DNA of 64,000 bases, from NCBI GenBank assembly GCA_963803435.1, contig CAWDML010000014.1, positions 96,001 to 160,000 of the forward strand, read 5' to 3'. Below, piece after piece: positions 44,786 through 53,978 of the stretch. A program made the translations under genes and the position numbers. How positions within the stretch are numbered: the first letter of the stretch is position 1; every line of letters begins with the position of its first letter. The notes below the pieces were generated by a model. It ran no database searches, was not told the origin of the DNA, and saw nothing but the letters and a program-made list of their open reading frames with translations. Source of the stretch: an uncultured delta proteobacterium. GTDB taxonomy: Bacteria; Myxococcota; Kuafuiibacteriia; Kuafuiibacteriales; Kuafuiibacteriaceae.

Positions 44786-46110
44786 TCAGACGCTCGCGAC
44801 GGTCGCGAGCTTCGATCGGTAGAGCTTGAGCAGGTTGTGGGTGAGGCAGACGAGCGTCCACTCGGCTCGTACCTTGAAGAAGGAGCGGAGCGAGAACCGG
44901 CGGAATCCTCGTGCCCCTTTGATCTGTCCGAGCGCCGGTTCGACGATACTCTTCCTGCGGGCGTAGACCGCCTTGCCGTCGCGCGTTTGCAACTTGTCTC
45001 GCATTCGCTTGCGAGCGAGCGAGGCAGGTGTGGGCTCCGAAGCTGATGAGGATGGAGTCGACGCGTCTTGGTTCTGTTCGCGTCCAACAGCGATGTGGGC
45101 CTCGGTCTGATTGTTGTCGCAGAATTCGATGTTGGTCGCGCTCAGATAGCCGTTGTCTGCCGTCATCTTCCGCGGAGCATCGCCGCAGTTGCCGAACACA
45201 TCACGGAGCATCGGGACGAGGTGTTGCTGATCAGGTGCCTGGTTGCTGACCCCTTCGGCGACAATCACCTGAGCGTGCTCATCTACGACAACTTGGGCAT
45301 TGTAGGCCTGGAGGTACGCTCCCTCCTTCAACATGATCCTGGTTCGAGCTGGTCAGCCTGCGCTCTTGCCTTCTCGGCTCGAGTTCTCGCTCGCTTCTGC
45401 TCCACCAGACCCGCAAGAGCATCATCCGCTTTGCTCTGCTGCTCTTCGGCTTGCCTGCGCAATTTCTCCGCGCGAGCCCTGGCGGCATCCTGTTCCAGCG
45501 CAGCCTTCGCTTCTCGAATGCGGGCAAGGCGGGATTCACGGCGAGCGAGCTCCGCTGGGATGTCCTCTTCAGTCTCTTCAACGCCCAGCCGCTCGTCTTC
45601 CTCTTGGTCGATCGTGCGCGCTCGCTCCAGCAGTTCTTCGATCTCGAGAGACAGCCGCTTCTCCTCCTCGGCCATCCGCTCGTAGGTCATCGCCTTGTGC
45701 TTGCTCGCGTTCGCCTGCACCTTCGAGCCATCGAGTGCGACGTGTTCGAGCCGCACCAAACCTGCTTTCTGGCAAAGCTTCAGGACTTCGAGGAAGAGCG
45801 CTTTCAGTGCCTCCAGGTGGACGAGCCGAAACTCGTTGATCGTCGTGAAGTGGGGATGACTTTCTCCAGCCAGCACCCGGAATGGAATGTCTTCGTAGGT
45901 CGCCCGCGCGATCCTCCGCGACGAATAGATGCCGGTGCAGTAGGCGTACAGAAGCAGCGCGATCATCATTCGAGGCGAGTACGGTCGCTCGCCTCGCGGG
46001 TCCTTCTCGGAGTCCAAGAACGGTATTGCTTCGCCACGAAACCATGGGATCAAGTCCAGGCGTCGAAGTCGATCCGCCCAACGATCGATTCCAGACGAAA
46101 CGACCTCCAA
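44786..46110 (-). pseudogene. IS1182-family DDE transposase, disrupted
   Basis: GERPYSPRMM..LLLYAY..GI.SSRRI, ALDGSKVQANASKHKAM, QAYNAQ, ADNGY, RKSIVEP..GQIK...GFRRFSLR; frameshift and apparent loss of the NFTDPDS segment near 45335; N-terminus degenerate. Confidence 0.88.
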
Positions 46111-46154
46111 GAACTTCTGCTGTGGTCAAAGTGGACGAGCTACCGCAAGCTAGC

Positions 46155-46530
46155 TTGCATGGTCACTTCGATCACGAGAAGCTCGAGGTCTACCAGCTCG
46201 CCGTCGAGTATGCCGACATCGCTGAAGAGATCGCACAAGAACTGCAACCCGGTCACGCTCACGTCCGCGATCAGCTTCGGCGGGCATCCGATTCCATCGT
46301 GAACAACACCGCCGAGGGCGCCGGAGAGTTCAATCCACCTGAGAAGGCTCGCTTCTACCGGATGGCACTTCGCTCTGGCACCGAAAGCGCCGCCTCACTC
46401 CACACACACCTGCTCGAGGCGCCGACTCGCCAACGAGCAGAAGGTCCAAGCCGCCAGAGCCAAGCTCAAGCGCGTTGTCGAGATGCTCACGCGCCTCATC
46501 AAGTCGATGAACGCACGCCGGGCTGCATGA
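46155..46530 (+). CDS. Four-helix-bundle protein (23S rRNA IVP / Avd-like family), frameshift in a CA run near 46401-46409
   Basis: FDHEKLEVYQLA...RDQLRRASDSIVNNTAEGAG...KARFYRMALRSGTE, continuing in the shifted frame as ...KRVVEMLTRLIKSM..stop; start uncertain (TTG 46155 or out-of-frame ATG 46159). Confidence 0.85.
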
Positions 46531-46535
46531 TCGCC

Positions 46536-46600
46536 ATCGGGACCGGGACCGGGACCGGGACCCGGACCGGGCTCGCGGTAGCGCTACGCGCTACACGCTC
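46536..46600 (-). repeat. Right terminal inverted repeat with (GGGACC)n hexamers
   Basis: ATCGGGACCGGGACCGGGACCGGGACCCGGACCGGGCTCGCGGTAGCGCTACGCGCTACACGCTC, an imperfect reverse complement of the left repeat. Confidence 0.86.
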
Positions 46601-47740
46601 CTAGATCGGCTCGTCCAGCGCCTTCGCGATGTCGCTCGCCAGCATCTCCAGCGACATGAACCGCGTCGCCAGATTCCGCACCGCGGCGATCGTCGTCGAC
46701 TTCACGAACATCATCCGCGCCAGCCGGCGCGAGTCGTCCTGGATCGCCTCGACGCGCCGCTTGCGCCGCTTCACGTAGAGACGGAGCGCGTGCGGGAGGC
46801 GCGCCAGGTCGGTGCGCGACAGCTCGTCGGCGAGCACGGCCGCCGATTCGAGCGCCATCGAGGCGCCGACGCCGGCCGTGGGGAGGAAGCCGGCGGCGGC
46901 GTCGCCGAGGAGGACGACGTTGCCGCGCACCCACTCGGCGGCGCGCACGTCGGAGAGGCGCCAGAAGAACATCTCGGCGTCGTCGTCCGGGATCCGATCG
47001 AGGAGCGCCTCGGCACGCTCGCCCAGCCCGGCGAAGCGCGCGCGCAGGCGTTCGCGACGGCCCGCGCCCTGCGCGCCGAAGTCGCCCTCCATGGGCGCGC
47101 CCGCGAAGATGCCGACGCCCTTCGTGGTGGGATAGGCGCCCATGAAGCGGCCCGCACCCCAGTACTCGACGACCGTCGAGATCGGGAGCGCGGACAGATC
47201 GGCCCACCAGACCCAGCCGCCCCAGCCGGTGTGGAAGTACGGCTGATCGCCGAAGACCGTCGCGCGCACGCGTGAGTTGAGACCGTCGGCGCCCACGACG
47301 AGATCGTAGGTCTCCACCTTGCCGTCGCTGAGCGTGACCTCGACGAGATCGCCCTCGGGACGGACGTCCTCGACCGTCGTCTGGAAGCGGACCTCGAGCT
47401 CGCCCAGCCCGCTCCGGAGAAGCTCGACCAGCTGGGGTCGGGTGCAGTCGAGCACTGGGCCGAAGCGGTGCGCGATCGGCTCCATCGACCAGCTGTTGAT
47501 CGGGTCGCCGTGCCCGTCGTGAACCTCGTATGTCTTGCACTCGATCGACATGCCGGCAAAGCGCTCGTACAGACCCAGGCCGTGGAGCACGCGGTGCCCC
47601 ATCGGATAGAGGCCGAGCATGTAGCCTGCGTGCTCGAAGCTCGGCGCACGCTCCACCAGCACCGGTTGGATGCCCCACTTCTCGAGCAGGGCCGCCAGCG
47701 CCATCCCGCCGATCCCCGCCCCTGCGATCATCACTCTCAT
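46601..47740 (-). CDS. FAD-dependent monooxygenase/oxidoreductase
   Basis: GAGIGG, VVGADGLNSRVR, LLGDAA...GVGASMALE. Confidence 0.92.
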   Translation of the reverse strand: MRVMIAGAGIGGMALAALLEKWGIQPVLVERAPSFEHAGYMLGLYPMGHRVLHGLGLYERFAGMSIECKTYEVHDGHGDPINSWSMEPIAHRFGPVLDCTRPQLVELLRSGLGELEVRFQTTVEDVRPEGDLVEVTLSDGKVETYDLVVGADGLNSRVRATVFGDQPYFHTGWGGWVWWADLSALPISTVVEYWGAGRFMGAYPTTKGVGIFAGAPMEGDFGAQGAGRRERLRARFAGLGERAEALLDRIPDDDAEMFFWRLSDVRAAEWVRGNVVLLGDAAAGFLPTAGVGASMALESAAVLADELSRTDLARLPHALRLYVKRRKRRVEAIQDDSRRLARMMFVKSTTIAAVRNLATRFMSLEMLASDIAKALDEPI

Positions 47741-47755
47741 GAGCGACCGTTAGCA

Positions 47756-47777
47756 TGATCTCATCTCGCTGAGATCA
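47756..47777. promoter_or_regulatory. Candidate operator palindrome between divergent genes
   Basis: TGATCTCA-N6-TGAGATCA perfect 8-bp inverted repeat in an AT-richer intergenic region. Confidence 0.4.
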
Positions 47778-47832
47778 CTGCTGAATTCACTTTCTGGGGC
47801 CATTCCTTATCGGTGCGCGATCATTGGGACAC

Positions 47833-48462
47833 GTGCTCTTGGTGGAGAACCGCGCGCTGCTCGACGGCTATCGGCGCGGTGGCCAGGACGCGCTCGGCGC
47901 GGTCTTCGAGCACTACGCGCCGCGTGTGGCGCGATGGATCACCGGCGGCTTCGACTACGTGGCCCGGGGCCAGCGGGTCCGCTTCCGCGGCTTCTCATCC
48001 CCGTACGATCAGCACGACGCGATCAGCGAGATCTTCCGCCTCGCGTTCGAGGAGCGGGCGCGCCTCGGCTATTCGGGCGTGAAGCCGTTCGAGGGCTACC
48101 TGTTCGCCATCACGAAGAACGCGGTGCTCAAGCGCATCGGCGTGCGCGAGCGGAGCCTCGGAGACGACGCGCTGGCGGGCATGGCCGCGCCCGATCCCTC
48201 GCCCGAGGAGACGGTGGCGCGGGAGGAAGAGCGCGCGATCGTGCGCCGATTTCTCGAGGAGCTGTCGGAGGAAGACCGGAGCTTCGTCGACATCCGCTTC
48301 ACCGAGCAACACTCCCAGCTCGAGGTCGCGGAGGCGCTCGGCTGGAGCCGGAAGAAGGTCCGGATCCGGGAGGAGTCGATCCGCCAGCGGCTCACCCGGT
48401 TTCTGAAACGCACGCGGGGCAAGAACGAGGTGCTGGAGGCGCTACACGATGAAGCACGTTGA
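47833..48462 (+). CDS. ECF-type RNA polymerase sigma factor
   Basis: DQHDAISEIF.LAF, FEGYLFAITKN, SPEE, SQLEVAEALGWSRKKVR; start codon uncertain. Confidence 0.85.
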   Translation: MLLVENRALLDGYRRGGQDALGAVFEHYAPRVARWITGGFDYVARGQRVRFRGFSSPYDQHDAISEIFRLAFEERARLGYSGVKPFEGYLFAITKNAVLKRIGVRERSLGDDALAGMAAPDPSPEETVAREEERAIVRRFLEELSEEDRSFVDIRFTEQHSQLEVAEALGWSRKKVRIREESIRQRLTRFLKRTRGKNEVLEALHDEAR

Positions 48463-49129
48463 TCGAGACATCGAACGGTACTTCGACGGCGGAATCCGGA
48501 CACCCGAGGCCCACGAGGCCCTGTTCGGACACCTCGATCGTTGCCCAACGTGCCGCGGCTACTTCGACGAGCTCGCGGGCGGCCACCGGCTGCTCGCCCG
48601 CGATCGCACGAGCATCCCCGCGACCGAGCTCGCGCTCCTCCTGCCGATCGTGGTGGGACGATCCGCAGCGCGGCCGGGGAGCCGCGTCCCCTCGTGGGTG
48701 TGGTCGGTGTTCGGCCCCGCGCTGGCGGCGATGTTCGCGCTCTTGTTCTTCCGGCCCACACCGGAGCTCGCGTCCAAAGGCTCCGAGGAGGCCCTGCACG
48801 CGCCGGTGGTCGAGGTGCTCTGCTTCGATCAGCGCTTCGAGGTGACGGCGCACCTCGAGCGTGACGGCGCTTGCAAGGCGCCCGGCTACGTCAAGGTCGT
48901 CTATGCTTCGCCCTGGACGGTGCCAAGCTTGACGGTGGCGGCGATCGCGGACGAAGAGCTCCGCTTCGTGGCGCGGCTGACCGAGCCGTCGCCCCGGAGC
49001 GTGGTGCCCGAATACGCGAGCCTCGACCACGGAGAGACGCTGCGGATCGTGGTCAGCACCGAGCCGATGGACGACAAAGCGCTGATGGTGAAGCGACCGT
49101 CGATCACCGTATCCGGGGTCGATCCGTGA
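48449..49129 (+). CDS. Putative zinc-finger (zf-HC2) transmembrane anti-sigma factor
   Basis: HLDRCPTC (HxxxCxxC), one transmembrane helix, extracytoplasmic domain; overlaps the sigma gene. Confidence 0.85.
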   Translation: MKHVDRDIERYFDGGIRTPEAHEALFGHLDRCPTCRGYFDELAGGHRLLARDRTSIPATELALLLPIVVGRSAARPGSRVPSWVWSVFGPALAAMFALLFFRPTPELASKGSEEALHAPVVEVLCFDQRFEVTAHLERDGACKAPGYVKVVYASPWTVPSLTVAAIADEELRFVARLTEPSPRSVVPEYASLDHGETLRIVVSTEPMDDKALMVKRPSITVSGVDP

Positions 49130-50611
49130 TCGCGACGCTCCTCGCCCTGGCCGCACTCACCTCGACCGCCTCGGGCGAGGCTCCGGTCCGCCGCTACGCC
49201 GTCGTCATCGGCGTGAACCGCCCGGCCAAGGCGGATCAGCGCCCGCTCAACTACGCCGACGACGACGCCGTCCGCTTCTTCGAGGTCTTCCGCGAGCTCA
49301 CCAAGGACGCGGCGCTCTTCGCGCTGCTCGACGAGCAGACGCAGCGCGAGCACCCCGGCGCCATCGCCGACGCCGAGATCCCCAACGAGGCTTTCGATCC
49401 TCGAGCGCCTCGAGCAGATGTTCGCGCGCATGAAGGCCGACGAGGCCCAGGGTCATCAGACCGAGCTCTATTTGATCTACAGCGGCCACGGCTACGTCGA
49501 TGAGCACGGCGAAGGGAACCTCGGGCTGCAGGACGGCACCTTCACGCGCAGCGAGCTCTACGACCGGGTGCTGGCGCGCTCGCCCGCCACCGTCAACCAC
49601 GTGATCATCGACGCCTGCGACGCCTACTTCTTCGTGCAGAGCCGGGGCAGCGACGCCGACGTGGAGGCGCTCCTCTCGCAGCGCGCCCGCGAGTTCCTCG
49701 ATCGACAGACGCTGGCGCGCTTCCCCAACACGGGCGCGATCCTGTCCACGGCCTCCGCCGCCGAGTCGCACGAGTGGTCCGAGATCGAGGGCGGCGTCTT
49801 CTCCCACAGCGTCCGCAGCGGCCTGCTCGGCGCGGCCGACGCCGACGGAGACGGCGCGATCTCCTACGACGAGATCGAGAGCTTCGTGCTGGCGGCCAGC
49901 GCCGGCGTGAAGCACGTCGCAGCCTCGCAGGCGATCTTCGTGCAGCCGCCCGCGCGCGATCGCAGCCACCCGGTCATCGCCCTCGACGCGGTCCGGCGCG
50001 CCCGCAGCCTCCACCTGGGCGGCGAGGTCAGCGGCCGCATGGCGCTCCTCGACGAGGAGGGACGCCGCTACCTGGATTTCAACAAGGCCGGCGGGTACGA
50101 GCTGGCGCTCCGGCTCTTGCCGGGGAGGCAGTACTTCCTGCGCCTCGGCGAGGCCGAGTACCGGGTGCCGCCCGGTGAGGCCGACGTGATGTTCGCGGCG
50201 CTGACGCCCGAGCGTCCCTCGCTGGCCTCGCGCGGCGCCGGCGTGGCGGACGCCTACAGCAAGGGCCTGTTCTCCCTGCCGTACGGGCCCCAGGTGCTGA
50301 TGGGTTTCAAGCTTCGCCCCGAGCAGGTCGAGCTGCGGCTCCTCGACCGGACGGGCCCCAGCGGGCTCGCGATCGCGGGCTTCGCGACCGGCGGCGCCGC
50401 ACTGATCGCCGGGGCCGTCGCCGTCACCACCCACGTCTTCGGGAACCGCGCGCACACCGACTACGAGAACGCGATGGACCTGGCCGAGGTCAACCGGCTC
50501 GACGCGCGGATCCGGACCTTCGACGGCGCCACCAACATCGCGATCGGGACCGCGCTCTCGCTCGGCCTCACCTCGGCGGTCCTGTTCCTCGTCGAGTGGT
50601 TGGGAGACTGA
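49126..50611 (+). CDS. Secreted caspase-like (peptidase C14) protein, one frameshift near 49390
   Basis: Signal peptide; RYAVVIGVN...LNYADDDA, YSGHG (His), IIDAC (Cys), GGVFSH, ADADGDGAISYDE; C-terminal hydrophobic hairpin. Confidence 0.88.
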
Positions 50612-50613
50612 TC

Positions 50614-52469
50614 GTGCGACTCTCGCGGCTCCCGCTCCTCCTCGCGCTCTCGGCCTGCACGCACGATTCCGATTCGGACGGTCGACCTCGAGATTGGGAA
50701 GCAGAACGAGGCCGCCCGCGCGGCGCTGGGACGGGCCGATCTCCAGGAGGCGAGGCGCGGCTACGAGCACGTGCTCGCCTACCCGCCCGCGCACGACAAC
50801 CCGGAGGCCTCGGCCGGGTGGGCCCTCGCCGATCTCCTGCTCGTGCTCGACTCCGCTCCAGCGCAGGCGTTCCTCGAGCGCTGCAACCAGCCGCGCTTCG
50901 ACGTGACGTCGGCGATCTTCGGCGCCGACGGTCTCCTGGCCAAGGAGGATCGGGCCGACCAGGGTACGGCCGCGCTGACCACCTCGTACCGCCCCACGGC
51001 GGGGGCCGCGGCGGCCTCGATCCCCTGGAACGCGCCGCTGGTCCGGGCCAGCACCGTCCATCTCTCCGGCGAGGGCGGGGCCCTGCCCCACAACGAGCTG
51101 ATCCTCTCGGTGCGCGACGCCGCCGCCGAGCGTGCGCTCGATATCCACATCAACGTGGACGATGTCTTCCCCGGCGACGCGACCGTCACCATGCTCCAGC
51201 CGAACCTCGAGATCGATCTCACCGACGCCGACGCCTCGGTGGCGATCTACGAGCGCGTGGAGCCGTTCGCCGTGCCGGGCGCGATCAGCCCCGCCGGCCG
51301 ACTCCGCGTCGGCGCGTTCGGCGAGCGCGGCGGCGACGCGATCGAGCTCGAGCTCGAGGACGTGGCGATCCCCGGCTGGTGCCCGAGCGAGCCCTGCTCC
51401 GCCGAGTATCGGGTGTCGGGCCACATCGACGACGAGCTCTCGGTGATTGCGCTCGAGCCCGGACAGTACCCGTTCGGCACCGTCGCGTACCAGGCGGGGC
51501 CACCGCGCGAGCAGGAGCTGATCGTGGCCCTCGAGAACGCCCAGCCCCTCGACGATGCCTTCCTGACCGCAGAGCTCCGGGCGCTCGGCGACGTACTCGC
51601 CACCGAGGCCGCCCGGTTCCACGCCGCCGCCGCCGAGGAGCGGCTGGCGTTCAGCCTCCCGAAGGCGCTCCTCCACACGCGCGAGGATCTCCCCTTCAAC
51701 AGCACGGACGCCTCCCTGTTCGAGTCCGCCACCCTCGCCGCGGCCGCGCTGGCGGACCTCGCCTCTCGCTACCGCTGGTTCGACGGCGAGGTCCTCGACA
51801 TGGTGAAGGAGCTCGAACGGGACGGCGGGCGCGTGCGCGACTTCGATCCGCAGCTCACGGCGATGAGGCTCGGCGCCGTCCTCATGGAGCGGCGGGACGA
51901 CTTCGATTCTGACGGTGGTCCGCGATCGCGTCGATCGAAGCCTGGCCGCGCTGGAGCGCGCGCTCACCTTCGATCCCGAGCCGGAGGGCATCTTCGACTT
52001 CCAGGATCCCGGCGTCCGCAAGGTCGCCTCCGACTATGCCGAGCTCGCCCGCGCGCTCCGCGACTCGCTCGCCTCCGGGACCCCGGTCTCACCGCAGAGC
52101 GCGCCCACGTACGGGTTCCATCTGCGACACTTCTTCGAGGACCCGCCGGACCGGGCGCAGCTGACGGCGCGCCTGGGCGTGGAGGCGCTGGTGGGCACCT
52201 CCACCGAGACGGACGGCCTCGTCCTCGCGCCCGAGCTCTACACCCGCTGGGACGAGCTCCTCCTCGACGTCGTGATCTTCCCGCGCGACCACCCCGAGAT
52301 GGCCTGCCCGTGCGACCCCGGCTACACCTGCGGGCCGGGCTACTGCGTCCCCGAGGTCCCGTACCTGTTCACCGAGCGCGCCTTCTCCGCCACCACCGAC
52401 GGTGCCGACGCCGACTGGCCCCGGTTCATCAACCCGCTGGTTCGCGACATCTTCGAGCTGGGGCTCTGA
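50614..52469 (+). CDS. Hypothetical lipoprotein (about 2 frameshifts, near 50670 and 51915)
   Basis: LLLALSA-C lipobox; the coding frame continues through ORF 50771 and ORF 51915; Cys-rich C-terminus CPCDPGYTCGPGYC. Confidence 0.65.
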
Positions 52470-52546
52470 CGGCGCTCACACCGGCGAAACAGGGGCCCGC
52501 GGTGAGGGCCCGTCGCTCTTCAACCGGCGAGGAGAACGAAACCGAC

Positions 52547-53923
52547 ATGACTCACCGCCTATCCGCCCTGACCCTCCTGATCCCGCTCGCCGGCTTGACC
52601 GCCTGCGACCGGACGCCGGCCGAGCCGCTCAGCAGCCAGACCGTCCGGGCCTCGCTGCGCGACAACGCGCGCCTCCACGCCCACGACAGCGCCGGCATGC
52701 TCTCCGATCTGCTGAGCAGCGGCTTCCTCGAGATCGCCTACCGGCAGGCCTGCGAGGCGACCGCCACCGAGGACGGCCAAGACTGCAGCGCACCCAACCT
52801 CCAGCTCGATCAGGCCGACGTCGACGCCGAGGTCGACGACATCGTCGACAAGTTCTTTGCCGACGATCGCGTGGTCTCCGAGACCCCCGCCGAGGTCGTG
52901 TACGCCATTCCCTCCCGAGACATCTGCGAGGACGACGCCGAGTGCATCGGCGACCTCGATCGGCTCACCCTGCAGCTGGTGGCGACCTCACCCGCACCCG
53001 ACAGCATCGACGTCGTCCTCCGCGTGAGCGGGCATGATCCGCTCGTCGCCCACCTCGCGCCGGACAGCATCGTCGTCGAGCTCGACCTGGCCGAGGCCCG
53101 CGCCGCCGTCGCGGCCCACCCGGACGTCTTCGATCTCGACGCCTCCGACCTCCCCACCGCCGTCGGACGCCTCGAGGCCTCGCTCTCCCGCGTGAGCGCG
53201 CGCCACTACCAGGCCGCGCTCGCCGTCACCGAGGACATCGCCGTGGAGCTCCCGGGCAGGTATGCGCTCTCCATCGGCGCCGCGCCGCTCCTCTCCGTCG
53301 ACGTCGATGCGGGCGCCGAGCGCGTCGAGGCCACCGTGGCCGTCGATTGGGTGAGCGCCACGCTCCCCGCCCCCGCGCTCGACTTCCTCTTCGACGGATT
53401 GCTGGAGGACGGCGTGGCGCAGGTCGAGCTGGGCGGGCTGACCGCGCACGCCGTCCTCGCCAACGCCGACCAGAACCTCACCATCACGGGCCTCGGCCTC
53501 GGTCAGACCACGACCACGCTGTCGCTCGACGGCACACAGCTGATCGCGCTCGACCTCAACGCGACCTTCGGCCGCCAGCTCGATCTCACGGTCAGCGCCG
53601 GGGACGATCGGATCGGCTTTGCATTCTCCCCCGCGGTGACGGTGGCCGCCGGCCTCTTCCTCCAGCCGCTCCTCGACCGGGGTCAGGACGTCCCGGCCTG
53701 GGCGCTCGACAGCACCAGCGAGGTGCGCTTCACGGCGACCTCGGGCCCGCCGGCGCTGTCGATCTCCACCGAGCGCACCCGCGTCGACAACGGCACCCTC
53801 GTCTTCTCGAGCAGCGAGATGGCTTCACCGGTGAGCGTCGACGCCGGCCTGTGCATCGAGGCCAACGACACCGAGGACCAGAGCCACCCGTTCCAGTCGC
53901 TGTACGGCGCGACCTGCGAGTGA
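52547..53923 (+). CDS. Hypothetical lipoprotein
   Basis: GAGGAG RBS; MTHRLSALTLLIPLAGLTA-C; beta-rich, ends ...QSHPFQSLYGATCE. Confidence 0.8.
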   Translation: MTHRLSALTLLIPLAGLTACDRTPAEPLSSQTVRASLRDNARLHAHDSAGMLSDLLSSGFLEIAYRQACEATATEDGQDCSAPNLQLDQADVDAEVDDIVDKFFADDRVVSETPAEVVYAIPSRDICEDDAECIGDLDRLTLQLVATSPAPDSIDVVLRVSGHDPLVAHLAPDSIVVELDLAEARAAVAAHPDVFDLDASDLPTAVGRLEASLSRVSARHYQAALAVTEDIAVELPGRYALSIGAAPLLSVDVDAGAERVEATVAVDWVSATLPAPALDFLFDGLLEDGVAQVELGGLTAHAVLANADQNLTITGLGLGQTTTTLSLDGTQLIALDLNATFGRQLDLTVSAGDDRIGFAFSPAVTVAAGLFLQPLLDRGQDVPAWALDSTSEVRFTATSGPPALSISTERTRVDNGTLVFSSSEMASPVSVDAGLCIEANDTEDQSHPFQSLYGATCE

Positions 53924-53978
53924 GGCCGGGCGCACGCCGTCTGGATCCCGCTGCCGCTTTCGTGTTTGGCTCTCCCCC

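Larger units (their letters stand above)
44696..46604. mobile_element. IS1182-family element carrying a passenger four-helix-bundle gene
   Basis: CTAG at both ends; about 66-bp imperfect terminal inverted repeats (44700-44765 and 46536-46600); encloses an IS1182 transposase and a four-helix-bundle gene; interior visibly less GC-rich than the flanks. Confidence 0.88.

Noticed and set aside
45328-45340. Programmed ribosomal frameshift in the transposase
   Set aside because: No slippery A-run is present, a conserved segment appears to be missing at the junction, and IS1182 transposases are normally a single ORF
46155-46530. Diversity-generating retroelement suggested by the Avd-like gene
   Set aside because: No reverse transcriptase and no TR/VR repeat pair with adenine-specific differences were seen in the window
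50771-53923. Single 1050-aa protein
   Set aside because: Two lipoproteins joined by a frameshift near 51915; the second has its own RBS and lipobox at 52547
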